DNA from: Octopus vulgaris
Lineage: Eukaryota
Reading direction: 5' to 3'
Length of the DNA stretch: 64,000 bases
Assembly (NCBI GenBank): GCA_951406725.2
Contig: OX597819.1
Span: 126,108,001 to 126,172,000 of the forward strand
Made by a program: the position numbers and the translations under genes. Shown one piece after another: positions 13,767-25,640 of this stretch; within the stretch, counting starts at the first letter, position 1, and every line of letters begins with the position of its first letter. The notes beneath the pieces were generated by a model. It made no database searches and was not told the DNA's origin. It worked only from the letters and a program-made list of their open reading frames with translations.

Positions 13767-14303
13767 TTATTTTACTTGTTCAGATAGAGGACGACAGGTA
13801 TGTTGGAAGACAGCTTAGAAGAAACTTTTAAGTATATTTCTCATGCCAAGAATATGAGGAACATCGCACTGCTAACACAAGGTACGGCGGAGAACTGAAT
13901 TGTTAATCTAGTAATATACGTGGTAGTATATAATGGTTGCAAAAAGAAATACCGTGACCTCGCCAGCAATTCTGAAAAGTTTAGTCGATCCTGTTGGAAA
14001 ATTTATGTAACCGAGCAAGGAGTGCTGAGTTACGGGGACGCATACAAACCAATACCGGTTCACAAGATGTGGGTGCGCAAACATAAAGATACGCACGTGC
14101 CCACACATATATGTACATAGGTATGCATAATACATACATGCATGCATACAAAGATACATACATACAAACATACATACCTACATGCAAACATACATACATG
14201 CAAACATACATACATACATACATACATACATACACACACACACATATATATATACATACATACATACATACATGCATACATACATACATACATATATATA
14301 TAG

Positions 14304-14388
<85 letters not shown>

Positions 14389-14390
<2 letters not shown>

Positions 14391-14614
14391 GCAGTGAGCT
14401 GGCAGAAACGTTTCGCGCCGGGCGAAATGCTTAGCGGTATTTCATCCGTCGTTACGTTCTGAGTTCAAATTCCGCCGAGGTCGACTTTGTCTTTCATTCT
14501 TTCGGGGGTCGATAAATAAAGTACCAGTTTCGCACTGGGGTCGATGTAATCGACTTAATCTGTTTGTCTGTCCTTGTTTGTCCCTTCTGTGTTTAGCCCC
14601 TTGTGGCAACAAAG

Positions 14615-14618
<4 letters not shown>
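14389..14618 (+). mobile_element. SINE family A, full length, in (TA)n
   Basis: Head, core and tail all present. Confidence 0.92.
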
Positions 14619-14673
<55 letters not shown>

Positions 14674-15259
14674 CTAACGAAGTAATTCTTAATAGGAAAA
14701 CAAAGATTTGAGGTTTCAATTTCTTGAGATGAAATTAAGGAACATGAATTAGAAACCGGTGATTTTATTGTGTGACATCATGTAACATTTAGTGTTATGT
14801 GACACCAAAATAGAAGTTCCATTATTGAACATATCGTGTGCTGACTGAAGCAAACGGTTGGTTCGGTCTACAGGTGTTAAGCTTAGTTTGTTATCTGCCT
14901 CTTATCAGACTAATGACTTGTACTGGTTGACCTCCAGCATGGGGTAACAGCAGAAATTAATAATAGGTATCGCCATTATTTTGTCTAAGTTAGGAGCTAT
15001 ATTTCTATCACACGTTACGCTCGAGCGTATTCCAATGACGATTAAGGCCGTCTTCTCGAAGCCTTACCAACTTAATCACTGTAGCTAAGTTCCAGCATGC
15101 TTTCTTGTTGACTCTGTTAATGTACTCTTTCCAGCAATCCATATGATGCCGTGACAGGTGTGCTCAACCGAAACCTTGCGCACGTCCCCTTCCTATTTGT
15201 GTTCTGGTAGCCTGATCAGACCCAGACACGCTAAACGATTGCTGTGACCGTACACATCT

Positions 15260-15290
<31 letters not shown>

Positions 15291-15342
15291 GTATATATGC
15301 ATATGTACGAAAGTATGTATACCTTCATGATCATATATACAC

Positions 15343-15374
<32 letters not shown>

Positions 15375-15513
15375 ATCTTTACACACACAGACACGCACAC
15401 ACACACATATGTAAGTATATATGCATATGTACGAAAGTATGTATAATTTCATGATCATATATACATGTATATATATATACATGTATATATATATATATGT
15501 ATATATATATATG

Positions 15514-15563
<50 letters not shown>

Positions 15564-16205
15564 TTACACACACGCACACACACACACACAATTACCATCA
15601 TTCCATTCACCCATCGACCCTTGATATCTTTACACATGGATGATAAAGAAACTACTTTAAAAAGAGAAAAAGAAACAAATGATAAATTAATAAAATTGAA
15701 AACTTGCAAAAAAAGCAGCAAAAACGTCGAAGAAAAATAACAGTTTCACCAAGATTTTCGGACGTTGAACTCCATGGCCACATTCATATGGCCCTTCATC
15801 TACTCACCAACCCACATCCCTCACACCACCCAACCTACCCATCTACCCCGCCAGTTCACACATGTCATGCAAAATCCTTCTTAGCTCTCGGTGATCCCGT
15901 CTTTCGGAACATATACTTCTGATGATATGTTGGAACACTATACTCAAGTAAGACATTTGATACTTTTGATGTTGTCTAAGCAGATCAAAGTTACGAGTTT
16001 TAATTTGTATTTTTTTTTTATTTATATGACTGAAGCTTAAAGATCATATCACAAATCGTTGCTATTAAAGTGTTTGGCATGAGCAAATGGAGAAAAGACG
16101 CCAAAGAAGTAAAGAAGGTGAAAAGGAAGGCAAGAAACTGCCACCGGAGATAAGAAGATACATATTGATACACACACATCCGCATGAAAGGCGCAAAGAG
16201 AGAAA

Positions 16206-16257
<52 letters not shown>

Positions 16258-16450
16258 GAGAGTTAGAAAGAGAGAGGGAAACTTCGCTTCTAATCAAGGG
16301 ATAAAATAAAAATTTATAGATCTCAAACACGCTCAAGATATTTTCCTACCTTCTACTTCATGTTTAGAATTGGTTTGAGCTCCCCTCTAGGGATCACAAT
16401 TATATAAGTACATATATATGTATGTATATATATATATATATATATATATA

Positions 16451-16632
16451 GGAATAAAAAATGGAGTTAACGCAGGTTTAAACAAGTATTTTTTCTTTCT
16501 ACATATGTTTCAAAAATTCCACTGATACTTATTCAAAAGGAGTTACAACATCTTTACTTGTGAGATTTTTGCTGCCCTGGTAACTATTCATTCATTTATC
16601 CGTGTTAATTGTTAACAAGGTAAAATACACTC
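16451..16632 (-). mobile_element. PLE terminal-repeat remnant with hammerhead 3' half only
   Basis: Minus strand GAAACATATGTAGAAAG...ACCTGCGTTAACTCCATTT matches 42012-42067; flanked by (TA)n. Confidence 0.65.
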
Positions 16633-16641
16633 ATCTATCTA

Positions 16642-16681
<40 letters not shown>

Positions 16682-16684
<3 letters not shown>

Positions 16685-16971
16685 CAAAATGAGCAACAAG
16701 GATATCCAAGGTAGTGTAGTACAATCGTTTCATGCTACTTCATTTTATTAAACACTGTAAATATCACATGAGTTTTAAAATGTCGAGCAATCTTCAGGCA
16801 CATATAGAATTTTATAATTAAACGGACAATGCACATTTTTTATACATATCGGATATCCTTGTTGCTCATTGTGATTATAATCACCCATTTGATTTATATG
16901 GATAATACCATACCAAATCCTGGTGCCTTTAACTTAAGTACCATATTCATCTGAATCTAAATTTTGCTGAA

Positions 16972-16973
<2 letters not shown>
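16682..16973 (-). mobile_element. PLE-type terminal repeat with inverted copy
   Basis: 26-bp inverted repeat at 16682-16707 and 16851-16876 enclosing a hammerhead motif; (TA)n on both sides. Confidence 0.65.
16714..16803 (-). ncRNA. Hammerhead ribozyme-like motif, type I
   Basis: tgtgc-CTGAAGA-tTGCT...AGCAt-GAAAC-GATT-GTA-ctaca; stem I has one mismatch next to the core. Confidence 0.55.
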
Positions 16974-17007
<34 letters not shown>

Positions 17008-17080
17008 TATATATATATATATATGTATGTATATGTATATGTATATATATAAATATATGTGTGTTTATATATATACATGT

Positions 17081-17290
17081 ATCTCCGTCGGTTGTGATGA
17101 TGAGGGTTCCAGTTGACCCGATCAACAGAACAGCCTGCTTATGAAACTAACGTGCGAATACAGGTACAACTCACTTTTTTCAGTTGAGTGGACTGGAGCA
17201 ACGTGAAACAAAGTGTCTTGCTCAAGGGTATAACGCGTCGACGATAATCGAACTCACGGCCTTACATTCGAGAGTCGAATATCCTATACG
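17081..17290 (-). mobile_element. CORE-like SINE (family C-related), degenerate
   Basis: Reverse complement of CTTGAGCAAGACACTTTGTTTCACGTTGCTCCAGTCCACTCA. Confidence 0.8.
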
Positions 17291-17412
17291 TATATATGCA
17301 CGTATGTATGTATGTATGTATGTATGTATGTATGTATGTATGTATGTATGTATGTATGTATGTGTGTGTGTATGTATGTATCTTTGTATGCATGTATGTA
17401 TGTATGTATGTA

Positions 17413-17443
<31 letters not shown>

Positions 17444-17877
17444 ATGTATGTATGTATGTATGTATGTATGAATGTATGCATGTCATTCTTCAACATTATT
17501 TCAAGAGAAGACCCAGTTTCTAACCTAGATGCAGGGCTCCTGCATTGAAATGTCTGTGTATGTGTATGTGTGTGTATATGTGAGTGTGAGAAAGAGAGCG
17601 GGAAGAGAGAGAGAAAGAGAGAGAGAGAAATAGAGAGATTTGAGTGTGGAATATTAAAGTAAGGGGCGAAGCTCCAATGAACCTGCTAACACTACTCATG
17701 CAGAACTTTCTCCGCAACTCACTCCTTCACACTTTCATATTCTCATTTCCATTCTTACATCTATAGGAATAAGACATTTGTTTTTTTCCTACAAAACCAT
17801 TCTTCCGTAGTGATACTTCTTTACTACATATTTTTGGTGGATATTTACTGATCGCAGCCGCTGTGCTACAATTCAAC

Positions 17878-20470
17878 ATGTCTGGAAAGAAAGCATTCAG
17901 TAAGGCTGAAAGGGATTACAATGGATATTAAACTTAATGTTTTAAAAAGACTTGATGCAAGAGGAAAAAAAAATCAACATCATAGCCAAAACATTAAGGC
18001 ATGCAACATCTATAGTAAGAACAATACCTGACGGTAGAGAGAAAAGTAAGTCAAATGCTCAAAAAGTTATTCTGTTAACTGCTCAGATCTTGCTTTTACA
18101 TAGATATAATGTGACGTTTAAAATGAAACGGTTCTTGTATGATTTTATTGATGTACTGTACCGATAAGTACTACGGTATTTAAAAAAAAGCCAAAAGTTT
18201 GGATGACGATTTACCATAAAGGGAAGGTGAAACTTTTAATGAAAATCTTTTCTCAATAGTAAAGACTGGCGTGAAAAGAATTCTTGAACCTGCGCAACAT
18301 AAAAATGACTGGTGAAAGTAGTCAGTGTTGATGAAGAGGCTGCTACTGATTAACCAGAGTAGTTGAAGAAAAAAAAAAAAGAGAAGCAGGTTACAGAAGT
18401 GGGTTACACACCAATGCAAATACACCAGTTGCTGCTAGAACTTTAATTAATTAAAAAAGAAAACGCAGCTACGGGATTTAAAGCTTCCAAAATTTGTATG
18501 ATGTTTCTCCTGGGAGAAAATGTTGCTGGTGATGTAATTTATGAAAGTCCTTACTCGTGTGTCATTCTGAAAATTCAAAGGTTTGCAACTGTTATGCAAA
18601 GTTTAATCTACCTCTGATCTGACGCTCAAATGCGAAGATATGACTGTGCCTCTTCAAGGAGTGGTGATGTATAAACATATTTCGTAAAGTACAGTAGGAA
18701 GGTACAATACTAGATTTTCAACAAAACATTGCTCCCTTTAGGCAGTGTTCCAAGCCGCCCCTGCTGCCGTGTATCACTCCGGAAATCCAAGGGATTTGGA
18801 GGGTTTGAAAGGTAGTTTAATCTATCCCTGATTTAGCGTTCAAATAAGAAGACTTGGCTGACTAAGTCTTTTGGAAGAATTGTTTACGAACATAAAATAT
18901 AGTGCTAACATTTTTACAAAAGTAAGCATTGCTCTTTTTACACAATATACAGCCTTTCTAATAATATAAGTTTATAATAACGTAAGGGTATGTTATGGTA
19001 GAGCAAATCCCCAAGAATACAACTTCTTTGCTCTAACCAAGCGATCAAAGTGTGATAGCTAACTTCAAGGTATGTTATCTGAGAACTTTCAAACAACTTA
19101 TGAAGGCAATTGACCGGGAGGATATCCCTACAGTTAGAAACTTCTGGAAGAAGCTCAACATAATGGATGTTGTGGATAACATAACTGAGTCATATGATGA
19201 AGTGAAACTCTCAACTTTGGTAAAATATATGATTAGAAGACATCTGTGAATTTCCAAATTTTCCACAAGCTGTTGTGTACCCACTTCTGCAATCTTTATC
19301 ACTTTTTTTTTCAACTACTCTGGTTAATCAGTAGTTGCCCCTGCATCAACACTGACGATACCCAGCGGCGAGCTGGCAGAATCGTTAGCACGCCGGGCGA
19401 AATGCGTAGCCGTATTTCGTCTGTCGTTACGTTCTGAGTTCAAATTCCACCCAGGTCGACATTGCCTTTCATCCTTTCGGGGTCGATAGATTAAGTACCA
19501 GTTACGCACTGGGGTCGATGTAATCGACTTAATCCGTTTGTCTGTCCTTGTTTGTCCCCTCTCTGTGTAGTCCCTTGTGGGTAGTAAAGAAATAGGTATC
19601 AACACTGACTACTTTCACCAGTCATTTTTATGTTGCGCAGGCTCAAGAATTCCTTTCACGCCAGTCTTTACTATCGAGAAAATATTTTCATTAAAAGTTT
19701 CACCTTCTCTTTATAGCAAATTATCATCAGATTTAGAAAGATATTGTGATACATGCGAATGATGTAGGGTTCCAAGAAGTCAGAGATGATGTAATTGAGT
19801 CCCATAGAAAAACTTTATCTACCGAGGGGTTTGATAAAGAGCGAGATGAGAATACCAATCAAAATACTGATCTTCCACCGACCCCGCTTAAATTGACCAT
19901 AAACAATATTGCAAAAAGATTGGCAGAGTAGAAGCCGCAAGTTTTGCTGATAACGGCCTTAATCGTGAACGTAACAAAATTACCAGAGCAATAGACGATG
20001 AGCCCACTTGCCATGATTATCTGTACAAAGTGATGACGCACCATAAACATCAAACAACTTCGAACAAGTTCTTCACCCCTCAAGCAGATCTTGATAATGG
20101 TTAATCATTAGAAGACTGCGTTCCTCATTCTTTCAGCGACATTCATTCACACAGTTGTCAACACCTTTTGGAGTAAGAACGAACATTATTACAATATTAC
20201 GATTCTTATTTGTTCCCCAACGCATTTCTTTTCAAATATTTATTATACGGTGTATGTTTAGAAATTGCTACTTTCGTGCAATAAAGGGGCCTGTTACAAT
20301 GTTTTTTGTTAGGGCCTTGTTTTTCTGAAAAAAAAAAAACACAAAGATCAAATCCGTCATCACGCAACTCAATTTATAACATGAAAATCAATAGGAAAAT
20401 AGATTCTGTATTATGGGATTTTGCGTTACGGTGAGATTAACAAGAGCTTATTACGACCGTAACACGGGGG
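17878..20470 (+). mobile_element. Tigger/pogo (TIGD1/CENP-B-like) DNA transposon remnant, rearranged
   Basis: ITMDIKLNVLKRLD..IAKTLRHATSIVRTI (psq-type HTH); PKNTTSLL.PSDQSVIANFKVCYLR..VRNFWKKLNIMD (DDE_1-like); many stops; boundaries approximate. Confidence 0.8.
19364..19597 (+). mobile_element. SINE family A with 12-bp TSD, inside the Tigger remnant
   Basis: TSD ATCAACACTGAC at 19345-19356 and 19598-19609. Confidence 0.93.
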
Positions 20471-20472
20471 AT

Positions 20473-20951
20473 TCCTCATCTTCCTCATCTTCCTCCTCCT
20501 CCTTCTTCTCTTCCTCCTTCCTCATCTTCCTCCTCCTCCTTCTTCTCTTCCTCCTTCCTCATCTTCCTCCTCCTCCTTCTTCTCTTCCTCTTTCCTCATC
20601 TTCCTCCTCCTCTTCTCTTCCTCCTTCTTCTCTTCCTCCTTCCTCATCTTCCTCCTCCTCCTTCTTCTCTTCCTCCTTCCTCATATTCCTCCTCCTCCTC
20701 CTACTTCTCTTCCTCTTTCCTCATCTTCCTCCTCCTCTCCTTCTTCTCTTCCTCCTCTTCCTCCTTCTTCTCTTCCTCATCTTCCTCCCCTTCTTCTCTT
20801 CCTCCTCCCTCTCCTCCTCCTCCTCCTCCTCCTCCTTCTTCTCTTCCCGCCTATCCTCCTTCTTCTCTTCCCGCCTATCCTCCTTCTCTTCCTCCTCGTC
20901 CTCCCTCTCCTCGTCCTCGTCCTCCTCCTCGTCTTCCCCCTCCTCATCCAC

Positions 20952-21030
<79 letters not shown>

Positions 21031-21042
21031 CACTACTACCAC
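20473..21042. repeat. Polypyrimidine (CCT/CTT) low-complexity array followed by (CTA)n
   Basis: Directly visible; explains the S/L/P-rich and E/R-rich ORFs. Confidence 0.95.
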
Positions 21043-21372
21043 TGTGCATTGAAAGTCGATTATACAATTGCTTGTCAGTAAACGGGCAAGTACAGAAGAC
21101 GAAGAAGAAGAAGCAGTCGTTGTTCCGAGTGTTCGTACACACAGTGTAAACACGTCTCAATGTCAGTTTGACAGGAGGGACCACCATTTAAGACGCTTTA
21201 ACAGTTCAAACAAGGTGTTAAACAGATTGCTTTCATGAGTAAACACCACTTTAAGCTGTTATTGTAAACACAAAATGTTGCCGTTTGTCAGCGAGTGAAA
21301 GAGAAGAAGAGAGATTAAGTGGTGAGGAGTGAGGGAGGGAGTCGTAGACTGGAACTTTAAAGACCAACTTTA

Positions 21373-21483
<111 letters not shown>

Positions 21484-21909
21484 ACTTCATCGGTAGCCGC
21501 CGGCAACTTCTACATCTCTGGAGTAATTTTAAATATACTGGACCGCTAATTGTGGGTGTTTAAGCGTTAATCCCTTTGGGGATCAAGTTCCGGAAAACGT
21601 TTTGTCTATTTAATCCTTAATTGTTGAGGTAAATGTATAATTTATCCATTGACATTCAAACATGCTTGCAAACAACGTAGAGCAATGCTTTTTTTTTTTA
21701 ACTATCGGCTCTTTTCCTACCATCATTATTTTAACGCCCTCTTGCTACGATGCAACGCATCATCTCTCATCATTTTTAATGTACATAGATAAACTTAGAT
21801 AAACTTAGATATGTTTCGACCAAAGATTGGTCCAGGCCATGTCTAACTTAATAGCACCACCTGATAGGATTATTCGAATCCTGTTTAAGTCAAGTCTTGT
21901 TTAAGTCAA

Positions 21910-21995
21910 GTTTTGTTCAAGTAGTGAGTTCTTGTTGGGTGAGTTGTATCCAGTTTTGTTCAAGTAGTGAGTTCTTGTTGGGTGAGTTGTATCCA
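21910..21995. repeat. 43-bp tandem duplication
   Basis: TTTTGTTCAAGTAGTGAGTTCTTGTTGGGTGAGTTGTATCCA occurs twice. Confidence 0.9.
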
Positions 21996-22019
21996 ATTAT
22001 GGGTGGCTTATCTGTTGTT

Positions 22020-22657
22020 TTTTTTTTACTTGAGGCAGCATTCACCCGGGGTGGGTTGAGCTGGTTTCATTCATCCTCAATGCTGCATTTCTCACAAACG
22101 CCGAGCAGACCTGGCGATTTGAGGCTAACGACCGCGTGATCTCCAACCACTCCTTATTCCAGCGGTGAACGCCGTAGATATGGGGGCCTAGGTTGGGTTC
22201 CAGATCAGCCTTGACTGTCGTCAGCCAGGTTTTTCGTTGTCCACCACATCGCTTTCGCCAACCCTGAAGGGGAGCCGGGGCAATTGCTTCGTAGATGAAT
22301 TCTCCAGGTTGACTACGGAGGGCATGACCCAGCCAACACAGACGTCTCGTTAGGATGACTTGTCAGAGGGAGGTGATTCTGCACTGGTGTCGCACCGAAT
22401 TGTGGGAGGTAAAGTGATGCCATCGGACACGAAGGATGCGGCGTAGACAGGAGTGATCGAAGGATTCTAGTCGCTTAATATATTCCACCCTCATTGGCCA
22501 TGACTCGCTGCCGTAAAGGAGAATCGTTGGTAGATCCGTACTTCGGTGGTGCGTCGGATCTCAGATCTTGTCCAGAGTCGTGCATTGAGTCGGTTGAAGG
22601 CGTGGCGAGCGAGGCCAATTCGTGTTGTTTTAATGTCAGCGTCACCTTGACCTGTAG
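22020..22657 (-). mobile_element. RTE-clade LINE 3' fragment (second family)
   Basis: RIGLARHAFNRL..LW, LLYGSESW, FDHSCLRRILRVRW, RRLCWLGHALR, GGQRKTW; short 3' UTR with A tail. Confidence 0.9.
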
Positions 22658-22797
22658 CATATATACACACGTCATACCGAGCCAGAATAATTTAGGTGTC
22701 TAAAGTTTAAGAAGAATATATATCGTAAAAAAAATAATAAAATTAAGACATGGGTGAATGAGTATCACGAAATTCAAGTACATAAATAATAAATAGA

Positions 22798-22852
<55 letters not shown>

Positions 22853-22977
22853 AGTTTCTGAAACTTTTGATCTGTAAAACATTTTTTTTTCTGTACCGCA
22901 ATTATTGCACCTATTTCCATGTGGATATGCAAAATATTGATTGCGGTTTTGATTCGACTGTGTCATGGTTTTGATGC

Positions 22978-23044
<67 letters not shown>

Positions 23045-23293
23045 GCTATTATTATTATTAGCGGTCGGCCGTTTTCATCCAACAGGTTCCATTAAGCATT
23101 GACTCCATTATCTGCCATGACATTCAGGTGTTTCAACACCCAAAGTTATGCGGGGGTCGTCTCCCAAGCGATATACCGCTGAGACCCGGTACACAAACAA
23201 ATCAAATACATTGAATATCTGCGGTCGTTGATGTTTACAACAGTAACACTGCTTTTAACTGAGTGTATATATATATATATACATATATATATA

Positions 23294-24947
23294 TCTTTCC
23301 CCGTCTGTCTTGATAGACAATGGGTTGCGACAAGGGTGGGGCCTACTTTGATGATGTGCAGCGTCTGCTGTGACTGAACAGTCCAATTCTAGAGTGGCAG
23401 TCCTTGGTACATTTGCTGCACACGAACATCGATGGGTACGTGTGGGGTGTTGCTGCAGTTGTCCTCCTCCTGTCCCGCCTGTCCAACCACAGCTGTGCTC
23501 TCCTCTCCTCAGCCATGGAAACGCCTTTCCTCACCGTCCGACGCCAGGCAGAGCGGTCAGCAGCTGTTTCCTCCCACGTGTCCACACAGATGTTGGCAGT
23601 CCTCAGGTCGCGCTTGCACACGTCCCTGTATCGTAGCTGTGGACGTCCCTTGGGTCGGGATCCCGTGGTGAGTTCGCTGTACAGGATGTCTTTAGGCATG
23701 CGACCGTCCTGCATGCAGCAGACGTGTCCGAGCCAGCGCAGTCGTCTCCGCACGTGGAGGGCATACATGCTTGGCATATTAGTCTGTTCCAGGATGGCTC
23801 CGTTTGGTACTCGGTCCTTCCAGGAGATGCCAAGGATCCGTCGAAGATACCGCATGTGGAAGCCGCTGAGGCGCCATTCCTGCCGGGTGTATGTTGTCCA
23901 GCTCTCGCTGCCGTAGAGTAGGGTGCTCAGGACGCAGGCTCGGTACACTGCGATCTTGGTGGTTATTGTGAGCATGTTGTTTTCACACACTCTCCTGGAG
24001 AGCTTAGCCATGGCAGCAGCAGCCTTCCCAATCCGTCTGTTCAGCTCCGGCTCGAGGGACCGGCTGCTGGAGACCGTCGATCCCAGGTAAGTGAACTCGT
24101 TCACCACCTGCAAGCTGTGGTCGCCGACACTGATGCTGGGGACCCCTCCGACGTCCTGGCCCATGATCTCTGTCTTTTTCAGGCTGATGGTAAGGCCGAA
24201 CTCTTGGCAGGCATCCGCCAGGGAGCTGACCAGCCTCTGGAGACCCGGTTGGTTGTGTGATGTTAGGGCGGCATCGTCAGCAAAGAGGATCTCTCTGATC
24301 AGCACCTGACGGACTTTGGTCTTAGCTCTGAGGCGCGGAAGATTGAACAATCCACCATCAGCCCTGGTGTGGAGGAACACTCCGTCGTCGGACGTTCTGA
24401 AGGCATAGGACAGGACAAGGGAGAAGAAAATTCCGAAGAGCGTCGGCGCCAGAACGCAACCCTGTTTCACTCCACTCTGGATGGGGAATGACTCCGAGGG
24501 CGATCCGTCAAACTGCACTGTTCCCTGCATACCGTCGTGAAAGGAGGTGATGAGTTTCAGCAGTCTGGGAGGGCAGCCTATCCTACCCACGAGCGCAAAC
24601 AGCCCCTCCCTGTTGACTGAGTCGAACGCCTTAGCCAGGTCGATGAAGGCCACGTATAGGGGCTGTCTCTGTTCTCGACTCTTTTCTTGAAGCTGCCTGA
24701 GTGAGAAGATCATGTCAATTGTAGACCTCTCTGCCCTAAAGCCAGACTGAGACTCGGGGTACACACGCTCTGCAAGTATTTGCAACCTCTTCAGGACCAC
24801 CCTAGCAAATGCCTTACCGACAGTGCTGAGCAGTGATATGCCCCTGTAATTATTGCAGTCGCTTCTGTCCCCTTTGTTTTTATACAGTGTGATGATGTTC
24901 GCGTCACGCATATCCTTAGGGACAGAACCCTCCTCCCAGCACTGACG
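23294..24947 (-). mobile_element. RTE/BovB-like LINE, 5'-truncated, apparently young
   Basis: Uninterrupted RT frame; 3' UTR with TGTCT-ATCA-AGACA hairpin, then (AT)n; clearly more GC-rich than the flanks. Confidence 0.95.
23343..24944 (-). CDS. Reverse transcriptase and C-terminal region of RTE ORF (533 codons, no endonuclease, no native start)
   Basis: NYRGISLLS, QSGFR, FIDLAKAFDSV, GVKQGCVLAP, LFADD, FTYLGS, RLRWLGHV, terminal C-x2-C..H..C zinc-finger-like motif. The first ~86 aa of the track ORF are antisense SINE sequence. Confidence 0.92.
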   Translation of the reverse strand, partial: QCWEEGSVPKDMRDANIITLYKNKGDRSDCNNYRGISLLSTVGKAFARVVLKRLQILAERVYPESQSGFRAERSTIDMIFSLRQLQEKSREQRQPLYVAFIDLAKAFDSVNREGLFALVGRIGCPPRLLKLITSFHDGMQGTVQFDGSPSESFPIQSGVKQGCVLAPTLFGIFFSLVLSYAFRTSDDGVFLHTRADGGLFNLPRLRAKTKVRQVLIREILFADDAALTSHNQPGLQRLVSSLADACQEFGLTISLKKTEIMGQDVGGVPSISVGDHSLQVVNEFTYLGSTVSSSRSLEPELNRRIGKAAAAMAKLSRRVCENNMLTITTKIAVYRACVLSTLLYGSESWTTYTRQEWRLSGFHMRYLRRILGISWKDRVPNGAILEQTNMPSMYALHVRRRLRWLGHVCCMQDGRMPKDILYSELTTGSRPKGRPQLRYRDVCKRDLRTANICVDTWEETAADRSAWRRTVRKGVSMAEERRAQLWLDRRDRRRTTAATPHTYPSMFVCSKCTKDCHSRIGLFSHSRRCTSSK

Positions 24948-24954
24948 TATATAT

Positions 24955-25103
24955 CTGTGTGGTAAGTAGCTTGCTAACCAACCACATGGTTCCGGGTTCA
25001 GTCCCACTGCATGGTGTCTTGGGCAAGTGTCTTCTGCTATAGCCCCGGGCCGACCAATGCCTTGTGAGTGGATTTGGTAGACGGAAACTGAAAGAAGCCT
25101 GTC

Positions 25104-25173
<70 letters not shown>

Positions 25174-25390
25174 TTGTGTGTCTGTGTTTGTCCCCCTAGC
25201 ATTGCTTGACAACCGATGCTGGTGTGTTTACGTCCCCGTCACTTAGCGGTTCGGCAAAAGAGACCTATAGAATAAGTACTGGGCTTACAAAGAATAAGTC
25301 CCGGGGTCGATTTGCTCGACTAAAGGCGGTGCTCCAGCATGGCCGCAGTCAAATGACTGAAACAAGTAAAAGAGTAAAAGAGTAAGAGTA
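24955..25390 (+). mobile_element. SINE family B, slightly 5'-truncated, back-to-back with the RTE
   Basis: Same structure as 11762-12165 with expanded internal (TA)n(TG)n. Confidence 0.92.
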
Positions 25391-25432
25391 TACACACCAC
25401 AGCGCGCGCAGGCACACACACACAGATATACA

Positions 25433-25640
25433 TAGTGAGAATTTTACAAAAAAAGAAACAAAAGACGAAGATGGATGTGTAAACAACAAACAGATGTATT
25501 AGTTTAACGCTTGGGAAGTGAGAAAGTCTTACGTTTCGAGTCTACGCTCTTCGACAGAAAGGAACACAAATAAACAGGGAGCGAAACTAGAAAAGATTTA
25601 ATGGCTAGCGATCTATCATGGCGAATGCCGGACAGAGGGC
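25433..25640 (-). mobile_element. PLE-like short element, family H2
   Basis: Reverse complement of 41172-41380. Confidence 0.7.
25527..25562 (-). ncRNA. Hammerhead-like motif with variant CUGUCGA core
   Basis: ccttt-CTGTCGA-aGAG-cgtaga-CTC-GAAACGT-A-aga. Confidence 0.45.

Noticed and set aside
20413-21187. S/L/P-rich and E/R-rich ORFs
   Set aside because: Low-complexity polypyrimidine repeat
24947-25202. N-terminal 86 aa of the 619-aa ORF
   Set aside because: Antisense SINE B and microsatellite, not part of the RTE protein
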